Notes: generated from the letters alone by a model not told the origin. 64,000 nucleotides of DNA from Longimicrobiaceae bacterium (GCA_035707865.1 DASSTO010000009.1:56736-120735), one strand, 5' to 3'. Positions 1-9,623 are shown, counted from the stretch's first letter. Made by a program: numbers and translations.

Positions 1-82
1 CACGGCACCGAGCTGGCGAGCCGTATCCGGCTCTGGGACTCGCTCGCCCCGGCGCCCTGAGCCACGCACCGCGAAGATCGCC

Positions 83-382
83 ATGGGACAGCCCGCCGCA
101 CGCGCCGGAGACATGCACGTCTGCCCGATGGTCACCCCGGGCGTGCCGCCGATCCCGCACGTGGGCGGGCCCGTGATGCCGCCCGGCTGCCCGACGGTGC
201 TCGTCGGAGGCATGCCCGCGGCCCGGGTCAGCGACATGTGCGTCTGCGTCGGCCCGCCCGACGTCATCGCGCTGGGCTCCTTCACCGTGCTCATCGGCGG
301 CATGCCCGCGGCGCGCATGGGCGACATGACCGCGCACGGCGGCAGCATCGTCCTCGGGCTGCCGACGGTGCTGATCGGCTGA
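83..382 (+). CDS. PAAR-domain protein
   Basis: 99 aa, ATG 83, TGA 380-382. Three PAAR motifs (QPAARAGDM, MPAARVSDM, MPAARMGDM), each with nearby conserved Cys/His and G.PTVL(V/I)GG strands. This is the small spike-tip PAAR architecture. Confidence 0.85.
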   Translation: MGQPAARAGDMHVCPMVTPGVPPIPHVGGPVMPPGCPTVLVGGMPAARVSDMCVCVGPPDVIALGSFTVLIGGMPAARMGDMTAHGGSIVLGLPTVLIG

Positions 383-428
383 GACTCTCTCGTTCCGTCT
401 TCGTTACTCTCCGCTTTCGAGAACACCG

Positions 429-1736
429 GTGAACCACCTCCCCTACCGGAAGCCGCTCGTGCAGGCGCTCGGCGGGGCCGTGTTCTGCGCGGCCCTGACC
501 GCCCTCGCGGCCTGCGCCGGCAGCCTGCCCGTCCCCGCCGCACCCGCGCCGGCCGACATCCCGCAGCTCCGGGCGGAGCTGGCCCGCGACTCCTCGCGCG
601 TGCCGGTGCTCGTGCGGCTCGGCGCGGCCGAGCGCGCGGCGGGCCACCCGCAGGACGCGCTTCCGCTCCTCGAGCGGGCGCACGCGCTGCAGCCCTCCGA
701 CCCCGCCGCGGTCGCCTACCTCGGTCTCACCCACGAGGACCTCTCGCAGCCGGCGCGCGCCCGGGATCTCTACCGGGAGTACCTGCGCATCGGTCACTCC
801 AGCGCGCTGAAAAAGCGACTCCAGCAGCGCTTCCCCCTCCTGCGGCACCAGGAGCTGGTACTCGCGGCGAAACGCGACATCGCCAACGAGGCCGCGCTCA
901 CCGGGCGGCCGCCCGAGCCCCGCAGCGTCGCCGTCTTCCCCTTCGTCTACCTCGGCTCCGACCCGGCGCTCGAGCCCCTCGGGCGCGCGCTCACCGAGCT
1001 GCTCGTCACCGACCTCGGCCAGGTGGACCGCCTCCACGTGCTCGAGCGCGCCCGCGTCCAGGTTCTGCTCGACGAGATGAGCCTCGCGAAGCAGGGCCTG
1101 GTCGACTCGACGACCGCCGCCCGCTCCGGCCGGCTGCTCGGCGCCGCGAACGTCGTCCAGGGCCAGATCGGCGGCTCGGAGGACCAGCTCCAGCTCCGGG
1201 CCGCCGTCGTGCCGGTGACACAGCCCGCCAGCGCGGCCACGCTCTCGGAGAACGATCCGCTGCGGTCGCTCTTCGACATGCAGAAGCGCCTCTCGCTCGG
1301 CGTCCTCCAGAGGCTGGGTATCGAGCTGACGCCGGCCGAGCGAGATCGCGTCCTCCACCGCCCCACCGCGAGCCTCGAGGCGCTGCTCGCCTACGGCCGC
1401 TGTCTGGAGGCGGGCGACGCCGGCGATTACGCCGCGGCGTCCACCCAGTGCGCCGATGCGGCCCGCCTGGACCCCGGCTTCAGCGCGGCCCGGGCCGCCG
1501 GGGCGCGCATGACGGAGCTGAGTGCGAGCACCGGTACCTCCACCAACGAGCTCGGCCAGCTCGCCGGCGCGGAGCTGAACGGAGCGCAGAGCCTCGAGGC
1601 CCTGGACGCCCTGCAGCGGCTGGTTCCCGAGCCCATACGGCGTAGCCCAGCGCTCGAGGTCGAAGGCAGGGAGGGCGGAAGCGGCGCGCAGACCGGCGTC
1701 ATCGAGATCATCATCCAGCCTCCCGTCGGAGATTGA
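429..1736 (+). CDS. TPR + CsgG/LpoB-like periplasmic lipoprotein
   Basis: 435 aa, GTG start. Signal peptide ends in lipobox LAAC. TPR-like N-terminal part. The central FPFVYLGSD..LGRALTELLVTDLGQVDRLHVLERARVQVLLDEMSLAKQG..GAANVVQGQI segment resembles the CsgG-type lipoprotein fold. Its stop (1734-1736) abuts or overlaps the next gene start. Confidence 0.7.
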   Translation: MNHLPYRKPLVQALGGAVFCAALTALAACAGSLPVPAAPAPADIPQLRAELARDSSRVPVLVRLGAAERAAGHPQDALPLLERAHALQPSDPAAVAYLGLTHEDLSQPARARDLYREYLRIGHSSALKKRLQQRFPLLRHQELVLAAKRDIANEAALTGRPPEPRSVAVFPFVYLGSDPALEPLGRALTELLVTDLGQVDRLHVLERARVQVLLDEMSLAKQGLVDSTTAARSGRLLGAANVVQGQIGGSEDQLQLRAAVVPVTQPASAATLSENDPLRSLFDMQKRLSLGVLQRLGIELTPAERDRVLHRPTASLEALLAYGRCLEAGDAGDYAAASTQCADAARLDPGFSAARAAGARMTELSASTGTSTNELGQLAGAELNGAQSLEALDALQRLVPEPIRRSPALEVEGREGGSGAQTGVIEIIIQPPVGD

Positions 1737-1738
1737 TC

Positions 1739-2872
1739 ATGCGCAGAAACCGGTTCCTCGGAGCCTTCCTCGTCGCTCTGGTCTGCGCGGGCGCCTCTCC
1801 CTCCGCCCGCCCCGCCGCGGCGCAGGCGGGCTGGTCGCTGCCGGGCTCGCTCCGGCTCATGGCGACGACGGGCCTGGAATATCAGCGCTACACCTTCTCG
1901 GAGCCGAGTGTGCTGGGCGCGCGCTCCATCTCGGTGTACGCCGTCCCGCTCGATGCCGCGCTGCCGCTGGTGGGCCGCAGCCGTCTGGAGTTCCACGGCG
2001 CCTACGCCTCCGGCACGCTGAACCGCGCGGACGGCACCCGGACCACTCTCTCCGGCCTCACCGATTCCCAGCTCCGCGTCTCGCTGCCCATCGGCGACGA
2101 CCGGATGGGCGCCACGCTGCAGGCGGTCGCCCTCCTTCCCACCGGCCGGGAGACGCTCACGAGCCAGGAGGCGGACCTCGCCGGTATCCTCGCCAGCGAT
2201 CTCCTCTCCTTCCCCATCGTCGACTGGGGGTCGGGCGGCGCGGTGGGCCTCGATCTGAGCGGGGCGCGCGCGGTCGGGAGAGGCAGCGTCGGTCTGGGCG
2301 CCAGCTACCTCGTGGCGCGCCAGTACCAGCCGCTCTCCGAGTTCCACTACCGGCCCGGGAACCAGACGCGGCTCCAGCTCGCGGCCGACCAGAACGTGGG
2401 CCCCACGTCCAAGCTCACCCTGGCGCTGCAGTACGAGCACTTCGACACCGACGAGCGCGACGGCACCAACCTCTACCGCGCGGGCGACCGCTACCAGGCG
2501 ATGGGCTCCTTCGCCTTCGCCGTCGGCCCCGCTTCGAGCGTGATCCTCTACGCGGGCGGCATCCAGCGCGGGGCCGGCGCGGCGCTCGTCGACGGCGTGC
2601 CCGTCTACCCCCGGCAGCAGCTCCTGCTCGTGGGCTCGGGCGGCCGGGTGCGCGCCGGGCGCGTCACGCTCGTGCCGCGTATCGACTTCCGCCGCGTGAA
2701 CTCGAGCGGAGATCTCCCGGACGGCTACGTTCCGAGCGCCGGCGGCTCCGTGGAGCTGCCGCTCGGCCGCCTCGTCCTCTCCGCGGGCGCCCGCGGCCAG
2801 TTCGGCAAGGTGGGCTCGAGCGACGCCAGCGGCGTGAGCTACTCGCTCACCCTCCGCTCGCCGCTTCGCTGA
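1739..2872 (+). CDS. predicted outer-membrane beta-barrel protein
   Basis: 377 aa from ATG 1739 (the track ORF opens at TTG 1733). Signal peptide MRRNRFLGAFLVALVCAGASPSARPAAAQ. Alternating amphipathic strands rich in G/Y/L/S/R throughout. The family was not recognised. Confidence 0.6.
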   Translation: MRRNRFLGAFLVALVCAGASPSARPAAAQAGWSLPGSLRLMATTGLEYQRYTFSEPSVLGARSISVYAVPLDAALPLVGRSRLEFHGAYASGTLNRADGTRTTLSGLTDSQLRVSLPIGDDRMGATLQAVALLPTGRETLTSQEADLAGILASDLLSFPIVDWGSGGAVGLDLSGARAVGRGSVGLGASYLVARQYQPLSEFHYRPGNQTRLQLAADQNVGPTSKLTLALQYEHFDTDERDGTNLYRAGDRYQAMGSFAFAVGPASSVILYAGGIQRGAGAALVDGVPVYPRQQLLLVGSGGRVRAGRVTLVPRIDFRRVNSSGDLPDGYVPSAGGSVELPLGRLVLSAGARGQFGKVGSSDASGVSYSLTLRSPLR

Positions 2873-2911
2873 CCGCGCAGTCGCATCCGCCATTCTACCC
2901 GGGCACCGCCC

Positions 2912-5900
2912 ATGTGCTTCCGTCGTCTCCTCGAGCTTCGCCGTCGGGCTCGCGCCGGCATCGTACCCGCAGCACTCGCACTCCTCGCACCGCTCCTGGT
3001 CTCGTGCCACGACGCGCCCACCGGCGCCGGCTCCCGGGTTCCAGCGGGTAACCTCGCCCTGCGCCTCGACGCCTCGGTCCCGTCCGGCCAGGAGGTCGGG
3101 GGTGTCGCCGGCGCATTCGTCAAGGCGGACCACATCCGCGTGTCCGTCGCCTGGCAGGAGACGCTGGTCCTCGACACCACCGTCGCCCTCTCCGCCACGG
3201 GCGACCGCACCGACCTGCGCATCCCCATCACCCTCGACAAGCCCTCGCGGGACTACAACGTCCAGGTGACGCTCCTGCGCGGGAGCGACGAGCTCTTCAC
3301 CGGTGGTGGAAGCGTAACCCTGCAGCCCGGCACCACCACGCCGGTGACGATCCCGCTGGTGCCCCTCGCCACCGGGATCGTGCTTCCCGACTCGGTCCGC
3401 ACCCTCGTCGCCCCGGGCGACTCCACCCGGATCGGCGGCGCCGTCGTCTTCGCCACCGGCGACACCATTCCTTCGCTGTCGCTCACCTGGTCCACGGAGG
3501 ACACGAGCATCGCGCGCGTTCACGACGACGGCTACGTGGTCGCCGTGGGCGAGGGCAGGGCGAAGCTGACCGGCCGCTACGGCGCCCTCTCCGACACGGT
3601 GGGCGTGCAGGTCCGCTTCCAGGTTCTGGCCATCTCGATCTCCCCCATCGTCGTGCTCGGGCTGCGGCCGGACTCGACGGTGCAGCTCACCGCGACGGTG
3701 CTCGGCCCCGACGGCAACCCGGTGGACCTGCCCGTCACCTGGACGGTGCAGGACACCACGGTGGCGACGATCGACGACACCGGCCTCCTGCGCGGGCGGG
3801 CCCCCGGCAGCACCACCGTCACCGCGACGAGCGGGGGGAGGAGCGCGCAGATCCCCGTCTCCGTCGAGCAGCCGGTCGGGTCCCTGATCGTTACCCCGGG
3901 GATCTCCCAGGTCATCGTCGGCGACTCCCTCGTGCTGGTCGCCACGGCGTACGGGAGCGACGGCGTCCTGACCGGGCGGCCCGTCACCTGGACGAGCCGG
4001 GACACCGTGATCGCCACGGTGAGCGAGACGGGCGTGGTGCGTGCTCGCCGGGCGGGTACCACCTTCGTCGACGCCCGCGTGGAGAGCGCCCGCGACTCCG
4101 CGATGATCCGCGCCATCGCGACGCCGGGCATCGACCCGTCCACCTCGGTGGACTCCATCTCGGAGACCTCCGCGATCGTTCGCGGCAGCGCGACGCCGGG
4201 CAACGTCTCGACGCTCGTCGTGCTCTACTGGGGCACGAACGCGGACTCGCTCATCCACCTCTCGCCCAGCGCCGTCCAGCTCCCAGCGGATACGCTGCAG
4301 CACGCGCTCCGCCTGGCCCTGAGCGACCTGCCCGCCGGGCGCACGATCTTCTACCGGATCACGGCCTCCAATCTCGCGGGGCGCGACAGCACCGCGGTGG
4401 ACAGTTTCACGACGGCGCTCGTCCCCGTCGCCACTCTCCTGGTGAGCCCCGACAGCGCACAGCTCGCCGTGGGCGACTCGCTCGCGCTGAGCGCGACCGC
4501 CTACGCGGCGGACGAGAGCGTGCTGGCCGGGCGCACGGTCACCTGGTCGAGCGCGGATACGACGGTGGCCACCGTGGGCGCGAGCGGCGTGGTGCGCGCG
4601 GTCGCCCCGGGGTCCACGACGATCCGGGCGAAGACCGGAACGGTCGGCGATTCGTCGCGGATCCACGTCATCGCGCCACCGGCTCTCTCCAGCGCCACCG
4701 CCGGGGCGACGAGCACCTCCACCGCGAAGATCACCGGCCAGTACAGCCCGGGCGGCGCGCTCACGGACGTGTGGGCTCGCTGGGGCACCAGCGCCGCCGT
4801 GCTCGCCGACTCCTCCGCCAACGTCGAAACGGCCGGAGCGGACGGGGACCAGGTCTACACCATCCTGGTGTCCGGCCTCGCGCCCGCCACCAGCTACTAC
4901 TATCGCGTGGGCGCCCGGAATGCTGCCGGAGTCGACAGCACGGCCGTCCAGCTCTTCGCGACGCCCGATACCGCGCCGCCGCCGCCCGGCTCCCTCTCCG
5001 CCGTCCCGACGGGTGACGCCGTCTACCTCGCCTGGCAGGACACCAGCGCGCGGCTCACGGCCTTCCGCGTCGAGCGCAGCTCCAGCGGCTCCACGACCTG
5101 GGACTCGCTCACCACCATCGGCCCGGGATCGCTGACGTACGTCGATACCACCGACTACACCGGCGCCCACGACTATGCGTACCGCGTGCTCGCCTGCCGG
5201 ACGGTCGCCTGCTCCCAGGCCTCGGACACCGTGCAGGCCTCGATCGACGGGCAGCTGCGCGCGACCCGGGTCGCGGTCGGACACGCGCACACCTGCGCCG
5301 TGCAGCTCGCCACCGGGTGGCTCTACTGCTGGGGCGCCAACGGCAACGGGCAGATCGGCACCGGCCTCGGCGCCGACGTCACCCCGCCGACCCGGATCGA
5401 GCCGGGGACTTCCTTCCTCCAGGTCGCCGCGGGCTACAACCGCACCTGCGCCCTCGCGCGGGACGGCACCACCTCCTGCTGGGGCACCTGGGGCGCCGAC
5501 CCCGACTCGACCGGGACCGCCGGCACGCCCCAGGTCGTTCCCGGCGGCTACCGGTTCCAGTCGATCAGCGTGGGCTACGAGCACGCCTGCGGCGTGACCG
5601 ACACCGGGGCGGCCTACTGCTGGGGCTCGAACCACTCCGGCCAGCTCGCCAGCGCGGACACCACCCTCCGCACCAGCACGCCGCAGCCGATCCCCGGCAC
5701 CTACGTCTCGATCAGCGCGGGGACGGCGCACACCTGCGCCATCGGCACCGACCAGCAGGCCTACTGCTGGGGCTCGAACGGGAACGGCCAGCTCGGCATC
5801 GGCACGTCCGACGTGTACAGGACGACCCCGGCGCTCGTCGCGGGCGGGCACTCCTTCGCGAGCATCAGCGCCGGCGACCAGCACACCTGCGCCGTGGAGA

Positions 5901-6337
5901 TGACGACCGCCAGCGCCTACTGCTGGGGCTCCAACGACCTCGGCCAGATCGGCAACGGGAGCAGCGGGAGCGCGGAGTACGCGCCGGTCGCGGTCTCGGG
6001 CGGCCACGCGTTCTCGTCCGTCTCGGCCGCCACGGGGCTCAGCTGCGGCGTGGACGCCGTCGTCGGCGCGCAGGGCCTCTGCTGGGGCACCAGCGAGGTG
6101 GGAGAGCTGGGGGCCGACAACACGGCCCTGAGCTACACGCGCTATGCCCCTGCCTCGGTCGTCGGCGGGCACGGCTTCTCGTCCGTCAGCACGGAGTTCA
6201 TGCACGTCTGCGGCGTCTCGACCGACGGACGGGTCTACTGCTGGGGCGGCGACGGCGACTACCAGCTCGGGGACGGATCGACGACGAACGAGCCCTCGCC
6301 CGTGGAGGTGCTGCTCAGGATCATGTTCGGCCTCTGA
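2912..6337 (+). CDS. large surface lipoprotein: Big_2 Ig-like repeats, FN3-like modules, C-terminal 7-blade RCC1 propeller
   Basis: 1141 aa, lipobox LLVSC. At least four repeats of the Big_2 pattern (L.A.....G......VTW.S.D..(I/V)ATV...G.V.A...G...I.A). Two Y(Y/R)(Y/I) FN3-like modules. Seven YCWG.N..GQ(I/L)G RCC1 repeats in the last ~400 aa. Confidence 0.85.
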   Translation: MCFRRLLELRRRARAGIVPAALALLAPLLVSCHDAPTGAGSRVPAGNLALRLDASVPSGQEVGGVAGAFVKADHIRVSVAWQETLVLDTTVALSATGDRTDLRIPITLDKPSRDYNVQVTLLRGSDELFTGGGSVTLQPGTTTPVTIPLVPLATGIVLPDSVRTLVAPGDSTRIGGAVVFATGDTIPSLSLTWSTEDTSIARVHDDGYVVAVGEGRAKLTGRYGALSDTVGVQVRFQVLAISISPIVVLGLRPDSTVQLTATVLGPDGNPVDLPVTWTVQDTTVATIDDTGLLRGRAPGSTTVTATSGGRSAQIPVSVEQPVGSLIVTPGISQVIVGDSLVLVATAYGSDGVLTGRPVTWTSRDTVIATVSETGVVRARRAGTTFVDARVESARDSAMIRAIATPGIDPSTSVDSISETSAIVRGSATPGNVSTLVVLYWGTNADSLIHLSPSAVQLPADTLQHALRLALSDLPAGRTIFYRITASNLAGRDSTAVDSFTTALVPVATLLVSPDSAQLAVGDSLALSATAYAADESVLAGRTVTWSSADTTVATVGASGVVRAVAPGSTTIRAKTGTVGDSSRIHVIAPPALSSATAGATSTSTAKITGQYSPGGALTDVWARWGTSAAVLADSSANVETAGADGDQVYTILVSGLAPATSYYYRVGARNAAGVDSTAVQLFATPDTAPPPPGSLSAVPTGDAVYLAWQDTSARLTAFRVERSSSGSTTWDSLTTIGPGSLTYVDTTDYTGAHDYAYRVLACRTVACSQASDTVQASIDGQLRATRVAVGHAHTCAVQLATGWLYCWGANGNGQIGTGLGADVTPPTRIEPGTSFLQVAAGYNRTCALARDGTTSCWGTWGADPDSTGTAGTPQVVPGGYRFQSISVGYEHACGVTDTGAAYCWGSNHSGQLASADTTLRTSTPQPIPGTYVSISAGTAHTCAIGTDQQAYCWGSNGNGQLGIGTSDVYRTTPALVAGGHSFASISAGDQHTCAVEMTTASAYCWGSNDLGQIGNGSSGSAEYAPVAVSGGHAFSSVSAATGLSCGVDAVVGAQGLCWGTSEVGELGADNTALSYTRYAPASVVGGHGFSSVSTEFMHVCGVSTDGRVYCWGGDGDYQLGDGSTTNEPSPVEVLLRIMFGL

Positions 6338-6365
6338 CGGCGCCGGGAGCGGAGTGGGTGGTACT

Positions 6366-6845
6366 TCAGCGGGATGCGGGAGAGACCTGTCGGGTGGAGT
6401 CCTCGAAGCCGAGGAAGCGGTCCATGCGCCAGCTGCCGTCGGTCTGGCGCGCGAGCACGGAGGCATAGCGGCCGTACTCCGTCATCCGCACCCCGCTGGA
6501 ATCGCTCCAGGACTGCTCGAAGGCGCCGAACTCCGTGGCGTGGTCCGGCGCCAGGCGCCGGCTCGCGACGCTCAGTCGCAGCTCCATGTCCCTCAGCGAC
6601 GCCCAGTTGCTCCGCGCCATCGCCGCCAACCCGGCCGTCCCCCGAACCGTGTTGAACGCCGGCCACTCGAAGACGGCCGTGTCGGTGAAGAGGGCCGCGT
6701 AGGCCTCGGGGTCGTGGTCCCGGTAGGCCCGGGCGATGCGCGCGTTCAGCGAGTCGAGGCCCGCGTTCGCCTGCGCGGTGGAGGACTGGCCCGGCGGCGA
6801 GCAGGCGAGGGCGAGGAGGCACAGCGACACGAGGAACCGCTTCAT
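6366..6845 (-). CDS. SnoaL/DUF4440-like (NTF2 fold) lipoprotein
   Basis: 159 aa, signal peptide with lipobox LALAC. The pattern ...YRDHDPEAYAALFTDTAVFEWP...G..A......W.....MEL... is typical of NTF2-like SnoaL/DUF4440 proteins. Confidence 0.6.
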   Translation of the reverse strand: MKRFLVSLCLLALACSPPGQSSTAQANAGLDSLNARIARAYRDHDPEAYAALFTDTAVFEWPAFNTVRGTAGLAAMARSNWASLRDMELRLSVASRRLAPDHATEFGAFEQSWSDSSGVRMTEYGRYASVLARQTDGSWRMDRFLGFEDSTRQVSPASR

Positions 6846-7017
6846 GGATCTGCTCCGGGCGGGAAGGTCGGCCTGTCGTCCCTCGGGGTCGGGGCGCGGG
6901 GCGGCACCGCAACCGGACCGGGGCTCCGGAGTCGCGTCCCTGCGCCGACGTCGAGATTACGGCGAGCACCCGCTCCGCTGCAAGCCGCCGGAAGTCACGG
7001 CTCGCACGAAGAAACCT

Positions 7018-7047
7018 CCCCCCCGGGCGGCAGGCGCCCGAGGGGGG
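7018..7047 (-). terminator. intrinsic terminator candidate downstream of the zinc-ribbon gene
   Basis: 12-bp GC stem (7018-7029 / 7035-7047, A7041 bulged) with a 5-nt loop. On the minus-strand transcript it is followed by AGGUUUCUUCGU. Confidence 0.55.
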
Positions 7048-7056
7048 TTCTCTGCT

Positions 7057-7320
7057 TCACCCCGCCCGCTGGACGGCGAGCGGGGCGTCCGGGTCGGGGC
7101 GAAGCCGTTCCGGCGGCGGCTCTTTCGGAGCCGAGGCGGCTTCGGCCTCATGCCGCCGGTGGCGCCGCCGGCGGAGGTGGATCGCCGTCCCGCGCCAGCC
7201 GCACCAGCGACAGTAGCGCCTGCTCCACCAGTCGAACCGGCCCAGGACGTAGCGGCGCCCGCCACGGCGGGCCGTCCGCTCGCCGCAATCAGGACAGGCC
7301 TTGCTGAACGTCAGTGGCAT
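7057..7320 (-). CDS. small zinc-ribbon protein (hypothetical)
   Basis: 87 aa. CPDC...17 aa...CRWC double CxxC pair followed by a basic tail. ATG 7320. Confidence 0.45.
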   Translation of the reverse strand: MPLTFSKACPDCGERTARRGGRRYVLGRFDWWSRRYCRWCGWRGTAIHLRRRRHRRHEAEAASAPKEPPPERLRPDPDAPLAVQRAG

Positions 7321-7362
7321 GGGCTCTCTCGCATCCGGTGCGCCCCGCGCTCGCGGACGGTC

Positions 7363-7599
7363 TCAGCCGTCCAGCGCCGCCGTCGCCCGCACCCTCGACC
7401 TCGTCGAGGGAGGCTCCAGCGTGCGTCTGGCCTCCGTTCGGGCCGCCATCTCCAGGAGCCGCAGGAATTCGCGGGTGCGCCGCGGACGCGTGTACGCATG
7501 GTACAATCCGGCGAGCACTTCCCGGATCAGGACGATTATCGAGACGGCGGCCGCCGAGCCTCCGGCGAGGCAGACACCGGCGAGGAGCGAGTGTTCCAT
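7363..7599 (-). CDS. small membrane protein (hypothetical)
   Basis: 78 aa from ATG 7599. One hydrophobic helix (LLAGVCLAGGSAAAVSIIVLI). Preceded by a relatively AT-rich stretch (7600-7660). The longer 117-aa version in the track has a low-complexity N-terminus. Confidence 0.3.
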   Translation of the reverse strand: MEHSLLAGVCLAGGSAAAVSIIVLIREVLAGLYHAYTRPRRTREFLRLLEMAARTEARRTLEPPSTRSRVRATAALDG

Positions 7600-7707
7600 A
7601 TGTAGAAAGCGAAGGGCTGACGCTGGTAGTTTTGCGAACGACTCTCTGCTGCAGGATGGATACCAACCCCGCGGATGGCCGTCCGCCCCCGCTCCGTCGG
7701 CCCTCCC

Positions 7708-7756
7708 GGACAGCACGAAGCGCCGGAGCGAGGAGCCCCGGCGCTTCGTGCTGTCC
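7708..7756 (-). terminator. 19-bp perfect hairpin just downstream of parB
   Basis: GGACAGCACGAAGCGCCGG (7708-7726) pairs with CCGGCGCTTCGTGCTGTCC (7738-7756) around an 11-nt loop. It starts 19 nt after the parB stop on the minus strand. No U-tract follows. Confidence 0.45.
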
Positions 7757-7769
7757 GGTATACAGACGG
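7753..7769 (+). repeat. 17-mer GTCCGGTATACAGACGG, copy 1
   Basis: Identical to the reverse complement of 9705-9721, and matches 12917-12931 over 15 nt. Contains the GTATAC palindrome. Confidence 0.8.
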
Positions 7770-7774
7770 ATTCC

Positions 7775-8812
7775 TCAGTGGCGTGATCGCAGCCGCGCGG
7801 CCGCGCGCTCCAGCGCGTCGGCCAGCTCCCGTGCCGGCTCCGGGTCGACCGCGTCGACCGCGTCGGCCGCGCGCTCGGCGAGCACGGCGAGCGCCGGGGC
7901 CATCCGCGAGAGGTAGTGCGCGGCCTGGCGCGGGGAGAGCTCGGAGAGCGACTGCCGGATGTTGATCTGGAACCCGCGCCCCCCCGCCCCGCCCTCCTGT
8001 CTGCGCGCCTTCCGCCGCTCGATCAGCGCCTGCGCGGCGGCACTGTCGCCCGCGCGCTTCAGCTCGTGGAGGAGACGCTCGCTGCCCGCTTCCGGTCCCG
8101 TGTCCGCGTCGCGCGCGACCCGCAGCAGCGCCGCGAGCGAGAGCCGACCCATGCGCCGGTGGTCGGGCTCCCCGCCCCTCACCGCGCCCGCCCCCGCCAG
8201 GACGGCCGGCGTGAGCGCGTCGGCGGCGCGCAGGTACTCGCCGATCGTCTGGAACTTCTTCCCCACGCTCTCCGCCACGTCGCGTACGGTGGCGGGCGCG
8301 CCGCGGCGGCGCAGCGAGTCGCGCCGCTGCCGCCACGCGAGCGCCCACTCCCACGCGGAGAGGTCGGTGCGATCGAGGTTCTCGCTCAGCACCATCGCCT
8401 CGGCGCGCTCGTCGTCGACCTCGTCGACCTTGATCGGCACCAGCCAGTGGCCCTCCGCGTCCCGCTCCAGCACGCCGTCGGCCTCGCCGCGCTCGATCAA
8501 CCGCGCGACCGCCCGCAGGCGCATCTCCCCCGGGATCAGCTGTACCCACCCCGGCTTCTCGGGGTGCGGCCGCCCGCGCGGCTCGTGGATCAGCCCGTTC
8601 GCGCGGATGCTCTCCGCCAGTTCCTCGATCTCCCGCTCGGGAAAGACCCGCCGCACCTGGAAGGGCGACGCCTCGACGCGGTCGAGGCGCACCTGCTGGA
8701 TCCGCCCTTCCCCGCTCCGCCCGTCCCGGCGCGCGTCGTAGCTGAGGACGTTCTCGTCCAGCCGGATCGCCGGCGCCTCCGCGGCTCGGGCACTGCCCAG
8801 GCGCCGCGTCAT
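7775..8812 (-). CDS. parB: ParB-like partition protein (ParB/Spo0J N-terminal domain)
   Basis: 345 aa. The start ATG overlaps the parA stop (ATGA, 8809-8812). ParB N-domain pattern V.LDRVEASPFQVRRVF.EREIEELAESIRANGLI.P...R.......LIPGEMRLRA. The arginine patch reads GEMRLRA, not the canonical GERRxRA. The 621-aa track ORF is an upstream extension running antisense-free through parA in another frame. Confidence 0.85.
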   Translation of the reverse strand: MTRRLGSARAAEAPAIRLDENVLSYDARRDGRSGEGRIQQVRLDRVEASPFQVRRVFPEREIEELAESIRANGLIHEPRGRPHPEKPGWVQLIPGEMRLRAVARLIERGEADGVLERDAEGHWLVPIKVDEVDDERAEAMVLSENLDRTDLSAWEWALAWRQRRDSLRRRGAPATVRDVAESVGKKFQTIGEYLRAADALTPAVLAGAGAVRGGEPDHRRMGRLSLAALLRVARDADTGPEAGSERLLHELKRAGDSAAAQALIERRKARRQEGGAGGRGFQINIRQSLSELSPRQAAHYLSRMAPALAVLAERAADAVDAVDPEPARELADALERAAARLRSRH

Positions 8813-9558
8813 GCCACACCTCGCGCGGCGCCCGGCGCCGCCGTCTGCCGCTCCAGGCGCAGGCGCCCGAGCACCTCGGCGGCCACCTCGCAGTACGCGT
8901 ACGCGCTGCGGCTGCGCGGCGCCGAGACCGTCACGGGTACCTCGAAGAGCGCGGCCTCCCCGGCCGGCATCTCGTATGGCACCACCGGTTCCATCCGCGC
9001 CTGCGGATAGTGCTCGTCCACCTGCTCCCGCATCCAGCGGAAGAGGTTCGATTGCAGGTGCGCCAGCGTGAGGAGGATGCGCACGGCGGGCGGCTCGGGC
9101 TGCAGCCGCGCGAGCGTGAGCACGTCGTGCGCGCGCTCCAGGCTCTCCTTGCCCGGCATCGCCGGGATGATCACCAGTGCCGCCTCGCGCAGCGCCGCCG
9201 TGGTGATCGGCCCCAGCGCCGGCGGCGTGTCCACCACCACCAGGTCCGCGTCGAGCGCGGCCGCGCGCGCCAGGTGGCGGCGCGCCGTCTCCACGTCCAC
9301 GGCTTCCAGCGAGCGGCCGCCGCGCAGTAGCTGCAGGTCCATCTCCGGCTCGCCGTCGTAGCGCACGCGCACCGGCTCCGCCGCGAGCGGATCCGCCACG
9401 CGCGCGAAGCCCGACCGGCTCGTGAGATCGGCCTGCGGGTCGCCGTCCACCATCACCACCCGCACGCCGGCCTTGGCGATGACGTGCGCGACCGCGGCGA
9501 CCGACGCCGTCTTGAGCGTGCCACCCTTGGCACCGATGAACGCGAGAATCCTGGCCAT
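8809..9558 (-). CDS. parA: ParA/MinD-family partition ATPase
   Basis: 249 aa. Deviant Walker A AFIGAKGGTLKTAS, then VVMVDGDPQADLT and DLVVVDTPP (Walker B). Confidence 0.9.
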   Translation of the reverse strand: MARILAFIGAKGGTLKTASVAAVAHVIAKAGVRVVMVDGDPQADLTSRSGFARVADPLAAEPVRVRYDGEPEMDLQLLRGGRSLEAVDVETARRHLARAAALDADLVVVDTPPALGPITTAALREAALVIIPAMPGKESLERAHDVLTLARLQPEPPAVRILLTLAHLQSNLFRWMREQVDEHYPQARMEPVVPYEMPAGEAALFEVPVTVSAPRSRSAYAYCEVAAEVLGRLRLERQTAAPGAARGVA

Positions 9559-9623
9559 GTGTGTCGTCTGGAGTTGCCGGAGAGTATACCGCGGGGCTCG
9601 CGCGGGCTACAAAGGTGGCCCCC

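Noticed and set aside
1-60. Open frame ending at TGA 58-60 (HGTELASRIRLWDSLAPAP*)
   Set aside because: It is probably the 3' end of a gene upstream of the PAAR ORF, but 19 codons give no basis for a call.
1427-6466. 1679-aa minus-strand ORF, the longest in the track
   Set aside because: The translation is Arg/Ala/Gly/Asp-dominated low complexity. It runs antisense to three plus-strand genes that carry lipoboxes and Big_2 and RCC1 repeats. It is a typical GC-bias shadow ORF.
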